Notes: generated by a model not told the origin, from the sequence alone. Numbered from the stretch's first letter, positions 10,216 to 19,967 are shown. The stretch is DNA of 64,000 nucleotides from a virus (IMGVR_UViG_3300023504_000391:51299-115298); one strand, 5' to 3'. Program-made: numbers and translations.

Positions 10216-10255
10216 AGAATAGGAACTATATATAAAATCTAAATGAAAGGTTAAA

Positions 10256-10723
10256 ATGGTGAAAATTATGTGTATAAACAGCAGTGTTTTTTATGGATAT
10301 GGATTTAAATGTGATTTTAGTGAAGATAAATTAATTGAGTTTGTTAAACTACACAAGGAAACATTTTGTAAGATAGCTGAAAAGGATTTATATGAAGAAA
10401 TAATTAATATAGAAGGTTGTGAATTAGCGAGATTATTAAGTGACTATAATTATTGTTGTGATTTAAGTAAATTTGAAGGACTAGGTAGTATAGTTAGTAA
10501 TGTTATGACAAACGAAACTGGAATTACATTTGGGTATTTCCCAAAAGACGTAGGTTGCGGAGTTTTTGGATCAATTCTTTTTTTAATGGAATATCCGTGG
10601 GATTATAACGAAAAAGAAAAGAACTTAAAAAGAAAAAATTTAAAAGAAATATGTAAAAAATATATGAACGAATTAAATATAATAGACAAACCACATTTTA
10701 TACATTTGGAATACTATAAATAA
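10256..10723 (+). CDS. hypothetical protein
   Basis: AAAGG RBS; long ORF. Confidence 0.6.
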   Translation: MVKIMCINSSVFYGYGFKCDFSEDKLIEFVKLHKETFCKIAEKDLYEEIINIEGCELARLLSDYNYCCDLSKFEGLGSIVSNVMTNETGITFGYFPKDVGCGVFGSILFLMEYPWDYNEKEKNLKRKNLKEICKKYMNELNIIDKPHFIHLEYYK

Positions 10724-10739
10724 AAGAAGGGTGATAGTT

Positions 10740-10913
10740 ATGGATAATAAAGAAACAGGAAAGGATTTATTAAAAAGAATTTCTGATTTATGTTATCAGG
10801 CATCTGAAGAAATTTATGATGACGGCGAAGAAGACGGAACTGGTGGTATTTTGAACTTGTGTGACCAGTTATATGAGAAAATTGATAAATATTCACAGGA
10901 ACAATATGTTTAA
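10740..10913 (+). CDS. hypothetical small acidic protein
   Basis: ORF 10731..10913; GAAGGGTG RBS. Confidence 0.55.
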   Translation: MDNKETGKDLLKRISDLCYQASEEIYDDGEEDGTGGILNLCDQLYEKIDKYSQEQYV

Positions 10914-10930
10914 TGAAATTCATATTTCAT

Positions 10931-10964
10931 AAAGAGATTAGAAAATTTTCTAATCTCTTTTTTA
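10931..10964 (+). terminator. rho-independent terminator (30-bp perfect palindrome plus T-run)
   Basis: AAAGAGATTAGAAAATTTTCTAATCTCTTT followed by TTTT directly after the stop of the 10740..10913 gene. Confidence 0.6.
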
Positions 10965-11017
10965 GTCCTAATTATAGGACTACATAAATGATATTATACA
11001 AGAAAGGAAGAGATTAT

Positions 11018-11167
11018 ATGGTGATAAACTTAAATTTCACTTTGTCTTCTGTGGACGCAGATAGATTATTGAAGTACAAAGAAAAAGACAAATGTGAATA
11101 TTTATCGACTAATGATTACGCAAAGAAATTATTAGAAGATGAATTGTTTAAAAAATGTTTTTACTAA
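11018..11167 (+). CDS. hypothetical small protein
   Basis: GAAAGGAAGAG RBS; 49 codons; not in the ORF track. Confidence 0.4.
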   Translation: MVINLNFTLSSVDADRLLKYKEKDKCEYLSTNDYAKKLLEDELFKKCFY

Positions 11168-11225
11168 GAGTATTGTTTTTAATCGTTAATTATGTTATTA
11201 TAAAAATAAAAAGGAGAGATTATTA

Positions 11226-11360
11226 TGTTCGTAGATTTAATTAGCTGTGCCATTGCGTTATTTGTAGTATTTGGTATTCCTTCATTGTTAGACAGAAAGG
11301 CGGCTGAACAAAGAAGTAGAGATTTAGAAGAAGAATTTAGAAAGAGAGAAAATTATTAAT
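11226..11360 (+). CDS. hypothetical small membrane protein
   Basis: AAAAGGAGAG RBS; hydrophobic N-terminus LISCAIALFVVFGI. Confidence 0.4.
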
Positions 11361-11382
11361 TATATTTAAAGGAGAGATTATT

Positions 11383-12501
11383 ATGAAAGGATATATGATT
11401 AACAACAAAAATTACAAAGTAGGGGACATCATTAATATAAAGAATATGAATGACATTGATGTCCCTTGTATATGGCTAAACCCTCTTGAGGCAACTATAG
11501 ACTGTACTTTAAAGCCTGGTCTTAGCTTCTGTGAGGTCGAATTTTGTGATATTTCTGTTCCATCAATCCCGTATTTATGTGAAGTGCAGAATGGGATTGA
11601 GAAGTGTACTGTTTTGTGCATTTTAAATTTTGAAACAATGCTACTCATTGGTCACGAATACATAGGATTATTAGCAGAAAAAACCTCCTCTTTTTCTGAA
11701 AAAGGAACTTCGGATGAAGTGAAAATCACAAATAATAATGGTGTTTATGAGATGACACAAGTTCGATTTCCTCGCAGTAGCGTTATAATGTCTACTCAAC
11801 AGTCTAATAAAGTTGAAATAAAAAATTATAAATCTGCTCTTTTTTGTGGCTGTGACGATAAAATAAATGTAGATGTTGAAAATTCTTGTACTATTATTAA
11901 TGTAAGTAAATACTCCGATAAGGGAAATATAAATGTTAAAGGAGAAAACAATACTGTTAATGCTATTGGTTGCAACATAAATGCTACAATGCGTTACGGC
12001 AAGCTAAACGGAATAAATAGCTTCATTGTATATTCTGGGTCAAATACTATTATAAATGCGACCAAAAGTCGCTTATGTGTATCCAACGGTCGTAATGACA
12101 CAATTAATATTTACGGTAACACTGTAGCGAACATAGACTCAGGTTGTGCGACAATTAATATATTCGGTAATAATAGTAAAGTCAATATTAATAGTAGTGG
12201 AAACTGTCGTAATATAAAAGTGACTATATATGCTAATAACACAAGAGTATGTTCTCAAGGAGAGGCTACTACTATAGAATGTTATGGTGTCGGTTCAATG
12301 ATTTCTTGCTACGGCGAAAAAAGCGTTGTCAGGGCTAAGAAAGGTAATTGGATTACTATAGCGAAGTATCAAGAACCGGAGGAAGACGATTGGGGTTTTA
12401 CTCCTTACTCTATTAAAAATATAGAAACAATATATGTCGACAATAATCTGGCGAATGGTAATGAGTTTTATGAAGTTATCACAAATAAAATTATAGATTA
12501 A
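11383..12501 (+). CDS. beta-helix-like repeat protein (Asn/Gly/Cys-rich quasi-repeats of the N-x-T-I-N / G-x-N type)
   Basis: AAAGGAGAG RBS; 372 aa; central region made of roughly 15-20-aa repeats (NINVKGENNTVNAIG, NTIINATKS, TINIYGNTVANIDSG, TINIFGNNSKVNINSSG). Confidence 0.7.
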   Translation: MKGYMINNKNYKVGDIINIKNMNDIDVPCIWLNPLEATIDCTLKPGLSFCEVEFCDISVPSIPYLCEVQNGIEKCTVLCILNFETMLLIGHEYIGLLAEKTSSFSEKGTSDEVKITNNNGVYEMTQVRFPRSSVIMSTQQSNKVEIKNYKSALFCGCDDKINVDVENSCTIINVSKYSDKGNINVKGENNTVNAIGCNINATMRYGKLNGINSFIVYSGSNTIINATKSRLCVSNGRNDTINIYGNTVANIDSGCATINIFGNNSKVNINSSGNCRNIKVTIYANNTRVCSQGEATTIECYGVGSMISCYGEKSVVRAKKGNWITIAKYQEPEEDDWGFTPYSIKNIETIYVDNNLANGNEFYEVITNKIID

Positions 12502-12515
12502 TCGGAGGTAAAATT

Positions 12516-12938
12516 ATGAAAAATAAATATAATTTAAGTTTAACACAAATTGATAAAATCGAAAAAGACATTATGGAATTAAGTTCATCTGTTGGCTATA
12601 TAGATTTTTTGTCAACACATTATGAGAATGAGACATATGAAGAAATAGGCAGTATCTTAGATGAATATTGTGTAGGAGGAGACTATGATTTTATAGTTCC
12701 AGAGTCAGTAAACGTTATAGACATTTATCCTTATATATATTCTAATATGGAACATAACCTTGGATATGATGGAAAATATTTATGCGAAATTTTCGATTGC
12801 CCAGTTTCTCCTGATGACTATGATTATGAAGACTGGATACGTCTTCCAAAGGTCGAAGAATGGGGTAAAAAAATGGATAAAGAAAATGTAAAAAACATCG
12901 AGAATTTTATTCAAATTCTTAGAGACGCAATAGAGTAA
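12516..12938 (+). CDS. hypothetical protein
   Basis: TCGGAGGT RBS. Confidence 0.65.
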   Translation: MKNKYNLSLTQIDKIEKDIMELSSSVGYIDFLSTHYENETYEEIGSILDEYCVGGDYDFIVPESVNVIDIYPYIYSNMEHNLGYDGKYLCEIFDCPVSPDDYDYEDWIRLPKVEEWGKKMDKENVKNIENFIQILRDAIE

Positions 12939-13162
12939 AACAATAAAAATGGGCGTAGCCAATCTGGATACTACGCCCTCTGTCGCCCAACATTTACTAC
13001 CAATACACTACGTGGGCATTTCATCTACGCTAAGTAGAAATCAGCAACACAAGTTGTGTTACAATATTTATTATACATAAAATATTTAGTTTGTCAAGTA
13101 TAAAATTTTTCAAAATATACTTAGAAAGAGAGAAAATTATTAGATTTGAGGAGGTAAGCAAT

Positions 13163-13465
13163 ATGATTGCTTTAGAACAAGTTATTGGAAACTTAAAAAT
13201 ATTAATAGGAAAAGAATATAAAAACGAAGAAGGTGAAATTGAACAAAATCAAGCAGAAGAATTAGCGAATGATATTATCTGTGCTTTTGAAAATTTCGAA
13301 TCCAATTTTGATCCTAATGATGAGGTTGTGTTTGGTGGAGATGGACAGGTGTGGCAATGTTGTGTAAATAGTAAGGATGCTACAGTAATATCTGTACAGG
13401 TCGAAAAATTATATAACACCAATGGATTTTTAATTGGGTATAAAGTAACTGATGTTTGGGTGTAA
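13163..13465 (+). CDS. hypothetical protein
   Basis: ORF 13091..13465; TGAGGAGGT RBS before ATG 13163; a TTGTCA-17-AATATA promoter-like sequence near 13088. Confidence 0.6.
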   Translation: MIALEQVIGNLKILIGKEYKNEEGEIEQNQAEELANDIICAFENFESNFDPNDEVVFGGDGQVWQCCVNSKDATVISVQVEKLYNTNGFLIGYKVTDVWV

Positions 13466-13679
13466 AATTAGAGCAAATAAAAGAGAGACGGATATAAACC
13501 CCGCCTCTCTAACCTGTTGTAATATGTTTTTTATCTACGATAGTAGAAATTACTTTTACATTATATATTGCTTTTTTCAATTTGTCAAGGATTTTAAAAA
13601 AATTAATAAAATTATTTATTTTAAGGAAGTAATCATGGAAGATGAAATTTTAATATAATAATATTTAGGAGGAATAAGT

Positions 13680-13940
13680 ATGGATAAAATTTTAGAAAAT
13701 TTAAAGCAACTTAAAGGTCAAAAATTTGGTGATTTAAGGTTGCATCTTGTCGTTAGACAAGCTTTTATTAATGCAGGTGTAACCGAAAGAGTAAATCTAA
13801 TTAGGCACACCAGAAATATGCAAAACTTGATAGTTGCATACGAAAACAAAGAGAACGCAACACATTACGTTTTCGACTTTGCAGAGGAAAACGGGATTGT
13901 AGAAATTAAAGATGTTAAAATAATGCAAAATAGGAGGTAA
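13680..13940 (+). CDS. hypothetical protein
   Basis: TTAGGAGG RBS. Confidence 0.65.
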   Translation: MDKILENLKQLKGQKFGDLRLHLVVRQAFINAGVTERVNLIRHTRNMQNLIVAYENKENATHYVFDFAEENGIVEIKDVKIMQNRR

Positions 13941-13945
13941 TAAAT

Positions 13946-14422
13946 ATGGAAAACAAAACAATGTTAACAGAAAGTCAAACAAGTTTAATTGATACTTTAA
14001 AACGTCACAAAAGAATACTGTCTAAATATCGTCATGATATATATTTCCCCGATAGTAGCCATGCTGAATCGTTAGATTTTTTCTTGAGCGATTCAGACTA
14101 TAATTTCAGAGATTTCTGCGGAAAAGAAAATCTTCCAGTTCCAGAGTTCTTGATTGAGAGTCGTTGGATTCCTTTAGCGATTGATTATGATTATTTACCA
14201 GACGAGGAAAAAGAAGAGGGGGAAAGAAAAGCAGAAGAAGAAAATAAAAATGACGATGAACTAGGGAAACATTACGTATTTAGATGTACAGGTAGAGATA
14301 TGTGGGAATATGAAGAAGAATCGTTTTCTGAATTTTGTGATGTAATAGATAAAATAGTAGAAGACTGTGATACTTACTTAGAGAAGTTGTATGAAAAATA
14401 TGAAGATTATGTTCCTTTTTAG
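13946..14422 (+). CDS. hypothetical acidic protein
   Basis: ATAGGAGGT RBS. Confidence 0.65.
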   Translation: MENKTMLTESQTSLIDTLKRHKRILSKYRHDIYFPDSSHAESLDFFLSDSDYNFRDFCGKENLPVPEFLIESRWIPLAIDYDYLPDEEKEEGERKAEEENKNDDELGKHYVFRCTGRDMWEYEEESFSEFCDVIDKIVEDCDTYLEKLYEKYEDYVPF

Positions 14423-14593
14423 ACTCGAGACAATAAGCATATGAAGGTTGACGAAAGAGATGTATTGGAAATCTTAGGAGAATTAGATAAAGCATACTAA
14501 GCACTTGACATACTACACAATGTGTAATAAACTAATTATATGTCAAGAGCTAAATTAAAAAAATAAAACATAATTAAAAAAGGAGTGAATGTT

Positions 14594-15055
14594 ATGTTAG
14601 AAATAACTATTAAAAATTGGGAAAAATATAAGGATTATTTAGGAGTTAAGACAGTTCCTGAATTAGCAGAAGCATTAAAAGTTAAAATTGAAACATTAGA
14701 AAATTGGATAAGTGCAGATAAGAAACCAACTGATTATGCAGAACAGTTAATAACTGAAAAACTTAATCATATAGTTAGAGATAACTATGTACAAAAAGCA
14801 TATAATTCTGGAAAAGAAATGAAAAAAGTGGCTGGTGATAAACTAAAAGGACTAAGGACACAATTAGTATATTACATGGAATATCATGATAGAGATGGCT
14901 GTTTTAATACCATTCTTCAATTAAACTTATTGACAGATATTAGTTCAGAGTTCCTTGATATTTTACTTCTTGATTGGGATGAAAAAGATAAAGATTATCC
15001 TAAAAATGGGACTTTTTACTGTGTTCTACAAACATTTACAATGGCATTAATGTAA
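14594..15055 (+). CDS. hypothetical protein
   Basis: ORF 14585..15055; AAAAAGGAGTG RBS. Confidence 0.6.
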   Translation: MLEITIKNWEKYKDYLGVKTVPELAEALKVKIETLENWISADKKPTDYAEQLITEKLNHIVRDNYVQKAYNSGKEMKKVAGDKLKGLRTQLVYYMEYHDRDGCFNTILQLNLLTDISSEFLDILLLDWDEKDKDYPKNGTFYCVLQTFTMALM

Positions 15056-15060
15056 GAAAT

Positions 15061-15095
15061 ATAACCTCAAAAATTATTTTTGAGGTTATATTTAT
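15061..15095 (+). terminator. rho-independent terminator
   Basis: ATAACCTCAAAAATTATTTTTGAGGTTAT hairpin followed by an AT/T-rich tract. Confidence 0.6.
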
Positions 15096-15134
15096 ATAAA
15101 CAAATTAGAGAAATTATACAAGGAGGATAAAGAT

Positions 15135-15725
15135 ATGGACATTAAGATCGTACTAGGAAGTAGTTCAATAAATATTTATACACCGTACAATAAGGAATTT
15201 GTTATTAAAATTAAAAACATAGGTTCTGCAAGATGGAATTCATCAAATAAATGTTGGACAGTTCCAAAAGAATATATTGATAATGTAAGAAATATTATGG
15301 TAGATGTTTTTGGTTATTCTGACATAGATAGAAATGAAACAATTGATGTTAAAATAAAATTTTTAGAAGATTCTTTTGCTTGCAAAGAGTCTATAAGAGT
15401 GTTTGGAAAAGATATTTCTAGTGCTTATAATAGAGATAGTGGTGCAAGAGTCGGTAGGGACGTAGTCCTTATTTCTGGTAAGATTAAAAGTGGAGGCAGT
15501 GCAAAATATTGGCGTTCAGAAGTATCTGCTGGGTCTGTTTTTTATTTATCAAAAGTTAATAAAAATATATTTGAAAAAGAGAAAGATAATCTTCCATATA
15601 AAATTGAGATTTTAGAAATTAGAGAAGATATGGAAGAAATATCAGAATTAATAGCAGAAAAAGAAAAGCTACTTGCTAGAATTACTCAAATCAATCGAGT
15701 TTTAGGTATTGAAGAAAAGAGTTGA
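15135..15725 (+). CDS. hypothetical protein
   Basis: ACAAGGAGG RBS. Confidence 0.65.
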   Translation: MDIKIVLGSSSINIYTPYNKEFVIKIKNIGSARWNSSNKCWTVPKEYIDNVRNIMVDVFGYSDIDRNETIDVKIKFLEDSFACKESIRVFGKDISSAYNRDSGARVGRDVVLISGKIKSGGSAKYWRSEVSAGSVFYLSKVNKNIFEKEKDNLPYKIEILEIREDMEEISELIAEKEKLLARITQINRVLGIEEKS

Positions 15726-15909
15726 TATGACTAAATACTTGCTTAAAAGATTTGGTATGCTAAAAGTAAATAAGTATGTTGAATATGCTATACATCCAGA
15801 TATACTGTTGGTATATGTATACTATTTTGATGATTGGCATACTGTATTAAAAAATGATGTTGTGTTATAATAAGATAATATAAAATATGAAAAAAGCGAG
15901 GTAATTTTT

Positions 15910-16440
15910 ATGTCAGTAAAAGGAATTTATTTTAAAAAATTTAAAAATGTAAACGATTTATATTTAACCGTTTGGGGAGAAGGGAATACAAAAGCAACAC
16001 AGATTGTAACAGCAGTTTGTAAGTTAATATATAAATGGTACAACGATGGTGATGTATTTGACAACAAACATTATGTTGACGGTTGGCGTAATGATATATC
16101 AAGTTATGCAAATTGGTTAGATCAAAATACAGATAAAGGAAGTGAAATTTTACATAGAATTTCAAATTGCGAATGTGGTAGTGATTATGAAGATTTATTA
16201 AAAGAACTTGCAGATACCCTTCTTGATGAAGAATATTTATTACAGCAGAACGAAATTAAAAAGGTTGGTAGTATTTATGAATGCGATGGTTTTTTTAAAT
16301 TTGAAGAAAATTGGGATGATGAAGAAGACGAATACATTGAAGAAGATGATGATATTGAATCGGCTATTATTGGTTCAGTAGGTGAATTTGTTGATACTGA
16401 TAGAGAATTTGACAAAGAATTTATTGAAAGAGGTGTATAA
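15910..16440 (+). CDS. hypothetical acidic protein
   Basis: AGCGAGG RBS; acidic C-terminus. Confidence 0.6.
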   Translation: MSVKGIYFKKFKNVNDLYLTVWGEGNTKATQIVTAVCKLIYKWYNDGDVFDNKHYVDGWRNDISSYANWLDQNTDKGSEILHRISNCECGSDYEDLLKELADTLLDEEYLLQQNEIKKVGSIYECDGFFKFEENWDDEEDEYIEEDDDIESAIIGSVGEFVDTDREFDKEFIERGV

Positions 16441-16442
16441 TA

Positions 16443-16661
16443 TTGCGAATTAGTTCAGATATTGATAGTGTAATAACCTTTCTTAAAGAGAAAAAGAAAG
16501 AGGGATACAAGTCTGTAGAATTAGTTGATGATGAAAGAGCTAGAGGATGGGCTACTATTGATCCGGAATTCGGCACACCTGTTTTAAAATTTATATTTAA
16601 CGAGAGAGAGAAAGAAGTCATAGGAATAGATGTAAGAACAAAAGAGACTAAATATAAATAA
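16443..16661 (+). CDS. hypothetical small protein (TTG start)
   Basis: AGAGGTG RBS about 12 nt before TTG 16443. Confidence 0.4.
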   Translation: MRISSDIDSVITFLKEKKKEGYKSVELVDDERARGWATIDPEFGTPVLKFIFNEREKEVIGIDVRTKETKYK

Positions 16662-16704
16662 ATGAAACCAAGTTTTCAAACGGAAGCGAAAGGAGAATAT
16701 AATT

Positions 16705-16971
16705 ATGGAAATAATAATGGATAAAGTGACAACATTAAGTGATGATCAATACAATAAAATTGCAAAAGGTAGTAGACTTGGGAAAGATATAAGAGAAGCT
16801 TTAGGCATTCCTGAAACTAAGAAGGTTAATATTGGTGACACAGTATGTACAGTAGGTCAACCATCAAACACAAAGGATGTTTTTAAATACACGTGGAACA
16901 ATAGAAATATTTTTTATGTTGTGATTAATCCAATGGGTGACAAGATGGCAATGTGTTATTCAATTTATTAA
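16705..16971 (+). CDS. hypothetical protein
   Basis: GAAAGGAGAA RBS. Confidence 0.6.
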   Translation: MEIIMDKVTTLSDDQYNKIAKGSRLGKDIREALGIPETKKVNIGDTVCTVGQPSNTKDVFKYTWNNRNIFYVVINPMGDKMAMCYSIY

Positions 16972-16983
16972 AGAGGTGATACT

Positions 16984-17289
16984 GTGAAATATGCAAATAG
17001 ATTAACAGATGAAGAATTAAGAGAAATTTATAGTTTACTTACTGATTCAGATAAAATTAATGAATTAAATATTACAAGAAATGAAAATTCTATCGACCTT
17101 GAAGGCTACATAGAAATTCTTGAAGAAGACTCAAATGAAACTCTTACTGTTTATGATGATTATACAATTGCAGATTATAATGTAAAAGTTTATCAACATT
17201 CGGGGTATTGTACATTAGATTATAGGAAATGGATGTATAGAAAGTTCGGCGATGAGTATACAAGAGATTATTTGCTCAATAATTATTAA
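16984..17289 (+). CDS. hypothetical protein (GTG start)
   Basis: AAAGAGGTG RBS before GTG 16984. Confidence 0.5.
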   Translation: MKYANRLTDEELREIYSLLTDSDKINELNITRNENSIDLEGYIEILEEDSNETLTVYDDYTIADYNVKVYQHSGYCTLDYRKWMYRKFGDEYTRDYLLNNY

Positions 17290-17317
17290 GTATTAAACAA
17301 AAGGAAAAAACTACAAG

Positions 17318-17506
17318 ATGAAAAAAGAAATTCAATTATTTATAACAATACCAGAGTTATTATTGGTTGGCAACAATGATGGTATTATGTATGATAGAGA
17401 CAAATTTTTAGTTGATGGTATTCAAAGAACGACAATATTGAAAAAGTTTTACAAAAAACATTTAGTAAAATCAATTTTGGATAATAAATTTGACAAGATA
17501 TTATAG
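17318..17506 (+). CDS. hypothetical small protein
   Basis: AAAGGAAAAAA upstream; 62 aa. Confidence 0.45.
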   Translation: MKKEIQLFITIPELLLVGNNDGIMYDRDKFLVDGIQRTTILKKFYKKHLVKSILDNKFDKIL

Positions 17507-17569
17507 TTTCTAAGTATAAGTGTTAATTGAAACCTAAGTTTATTATGATTATGGAAAGGAATGATGAGA

Positions 17570-17989
17570 ATGGAAATAAATAAAATGATATGCGAACATT
17601 GTGGAAAAGTATTTTATAGTAAATACTATACTGGTGGATATATAGATCATTATGAGAATTTTTCAAGATATAAAAATAATTTTGGGAAAGATATAAATGG
17701 AGACATAAGAGAAATTTGTTTCAGTGGAAATGATTTAAGAGATGATAAAGACATAGAAGAAAGATTGAATTGTTATCTTAAATGGGATAATATTCCTGAT
17801 GGTGTTAAAAATCAAGTAAAAGAAAAATGTGATTTTTTGATTAATAAAATATTAAAAGCTAAAGAACAAGCTGAAGAAATTGTATCTGATATGACTATGC
17901 TAGAAAGAAAATATCTTATTAAGGCTGCCGAAGAAAATTGTAGCACACCTTTTGGAAATGAAGATGATAAATTATGGGATGAATTTTAA
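17570..17989 (+). CDS. hypothetical zinc-ribbon protein
   Basis: ORF 17561..17989; CEHCGK N-terminal motif; GGAAAGGAATG RBS. Confidence 0.55.
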   Translation: MEINKMICEHCGKVFYSKYYTGGYIDHYENFSRYKNNFGKDINGDIREICFSGNDLRDDKDIEERLNCYLKWDNIPDGVKNQVKEKCDFLINKILKAKEQAEEIVSDMTMLERKYLIKAAEENCSTPFGNEDDKLWDEF

Positions 17990-18119
17990 CTTTTAAGATT
18001 GTTAAGAAAGAGGTATTTAGCAGTTAAATATAACTTATAAAAACATATAAAAAGTGTTGATTTTTATAACTTATATATTGATAGAATAAAGTATAAACAT
18101 TATAAGGAGGATTTACTTT

Positions 18120-18282
18120 ATGAGTAAATATTATTCTATCAATGAGTTTTCAAAGATATTAGGTGTATCAGCACAAAACATTACGAAATTGGGATAAGAA
18201 TGGAAAACTACGTCCTCGCCATACATCTAGTAATGGGTATAGGTATTATTCACACGGGCAATTAAATCAAGAAAACTTGTAA
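18120..18282 (+). pseudogene. remnant of an IS607-family TnpA serine recombinase (HTH domain only; +1 frameshift in an A-run near 18167-18170; catalytic domain absent)
   Basis: MSKYYSINEFSKILGVSAQNITKLG* continues in the next frame as LRNWDKNGKLRPRHTSSNGYRYYSHGQLNQENL*. I recall LRNWD..G.L.P.HT..NGYRYY as the IS607 TnpA N-terminal signature. Confidence 0.55.
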
Positions 18283-18312
18283 GAGAACTTATAGAGGATG
18301 GAGGTGAAAAAG

Positions 18313-19488
18313 ATGATAAAAACAATTCGAGTAATGTTACTTCCAAATAACAAGCAAAAGACTAAACTTTTCCAATATGCTAATACTGCCAGATTTGCTT
18401 ATAATTGGGCTTTAAGTAGAGAAAAAGAAAACTATAAAAATGGTGGCAAGTTCATATTTGATGGAGATTTGAGAAAAGAATTTACACAGTTGAAGAAAAC
18501 TGATAAATATTCTTGGTTAAATAAAATCTCTAATAATGTAACAAAACAAGCAATTAAAGATGCTTGTAACGCATATAAGAGATTTTTCAATGGATATTCA
18601 AAAGTTCCTAAGTTTAAAAGCCGTAAGAAATCAACACCATCTTTTTATCAAGATAATGTAAAAATTCAATTTTCTGATACTCATTTAAAAGTTGAAGGAT
18701 TTACAACTTCTAAAAAGAAGGATAAACAGAAATTAAATTGGATTAGACTTGCAGAACATAATAGAATACCTACAGATTGTAAATACACGAATCCTCGTAT
18801 CAAATATGATGGATTAAACTGGTATCTTACAGTGGGTATTGAATACAAAGACTCTACTATTGTCCCATCCAATGAAGGAATTGGAATAGATTTAGGAATT
18901 AAAGATTTAGCAATATGTTCTGATGGTAATAAATATCAAAACATTAACAAGACACAAAGAGTTAAGAAGTTAGAAAAACAAAAACGCAGGTTACAGCGTT
19001 CTATATCCAGAAAATATGGAAAAAATAAGAAAGGAGAAAGTTACTGTAAAACAAAGAATGTAATCAAAAAGGAAAAACTTTTATTAAAATTAAATCATAG
19101 ACTAACAAACATTCGTCAGAACTACATACATCATATAACTTCAGAGATTATAAAACGAGAACCAAGTTTTATTGTGTTAGAAGATTTGAATGTAAGTGGA
19201 ATGATGAAGAATAGGCATTTATCCAAAGCAGTACAACAACAAGGATTTTATGAAATTAGACGACAAATTGAATATAAGTCTGTTTGGAATAATATTTTAG
19301 TAATCATTGTAGACAGATTCTTTCCAAGTTCTAAATTATGTAGTTGTTGTGGAACAATCAAGAAAGATTTAAGTTTATCAGACCGTATTTACAGATGTGA
19401 ATGTGGAAATGTAATTGACAGAGACTATCAAGCATCTTTAAATCTAAAACGATATGGAGAAAATGTTTTAAAACAATCTGTAGTATAA
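18313..19488 (+). CDS. tnpB: TnpB (IS605 OrfB family; RuvC-like nuclease with C-terminal zinc ribbon)
   Basis: GIDLGIKDLA (Asp), FIVLEDLNVSGMMKN (Glu), VIDRDYQASLNL (Asp) plus CSCCG...CECGN zinc ribbon; ATG 18313 after a GGAGGTG RBS. Confidence 0.85.
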   Translation: MIKTIRVMLLPNNKQKTKLFQYANTARFAYNWALSREKENYKNGGKFIFDGDLRKEFTQLKKTDKYSWLNKISNNVTKQAIKDACNAYKRFFNGYSKVPKFKSRKKSTPSFYQDNVKIQFSDTHLKVEGFTTSKKKDKQKLNWIRLAEHNRIPTDCKYTNPRIKYDGLNWYLTVGIEYKDSTIVPSNEGIGIDLGIKDLAICSDGNKYQNINKTQRVKKLEKQKRRLQRSISRKYGKNKKGESYCKTKNVIKKEKLLLKLNHRLTNIRQNYIHHITSEIIKREPSFIVLEDLNVSGMMKNRHLSKAVQQQGFYEIRRQIEYKSVWNNILVIIVDRFFPSSKLCSCCGTIKKDLSLSDRIYRCECGNVIDRDYQASLNLKRYGENVLKQSVV

Positions 19489-19640
19489 CACAATCAAGTT
19501 ATCACAGATATGTACTGATTCGTTAGTCAGGAATTTACGCCTATGGAGAGTACAAGAACTTGTAAGTAGAGGGTTGCAAGCAACCCTCAAAAGCATACTC
19601 ATAGAAGTAGGAATGAAACATAAAAGATAAAATAATTATA
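19400..19640 (+). ncRNA. candidate TnpB guide RNA (omega-RNA) spanning the tnpB 3' end and downstream region
   Basis: Non-coding, relatively GC-rich stretch directly after tnpB containing a perfect 9-bp stem GAGGGTTGC-AA-GCAACCCTC (19569-19588). Confidence 0.35.
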
Positions 19641-19668
19641 ACTTTTTATAAGTTTTCAGTAACGGTGA

Positions 19669-19857
19669 TTGATATTGGAAAAGATTTTAGTAAATAAGAT
19701 TAGATGTAAGAGATGCGGAGATGTTATCGAAAGTAAGACTCAACATCAATTTGTAATTTGTAAATGTGGAGCTGTAGCAATTGACGGTGGACATTACCAT
19801 TTGAGCAGAACAGGAAATCGAGAAGACTGGGAAGAATTAAGCAAAGTTGTGGATTAA
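19669..19857 (+). CDS. hypothetical small zinc-ribbon protein (non-ATG start, uncertain)
   Basis: CKRCGD...CKCGAV motifs. Confidence 0.4.
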   Translation: MILEKILVNKIRCKRCGDVIESKTQHQFVICKCGAVAIDGGHYHLSRTGNREDWEELSKVVD

Positions 19858-19967
19858 TAAGAGGTTATTTTTAAGACAAAGAAATAATCATTTCAACGGA
19901 AATAAACTAATGTGAGAAGCGGGAATTCCTGCTTCTTTTTTAATACAAAAAACGAGGTGGTAAATAA

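Larger units (their letters stand above)
18060..19640 (+). mobile_element. decayed IS607-family insertion sequence (tnpA remnant plus tnpB); boundaries approximate
   Basis: MerR-like HTH N-terminus typical of IS607 TnpA, truncated and frameshifted, followed by a full OrfB/TnpB gene and a structured 3' region. Confidence 0.5.

Noticed and set aside
12960-12987. GC-rich hairpin GGGCGTAG...CTACGCCC after gene 12516..12938, as an intrinsic terminator
   Set aside because: The stem is good, but no T-run follows. I did not call it as a feature, though it may still be a processing site or a Rho-dependent pause.
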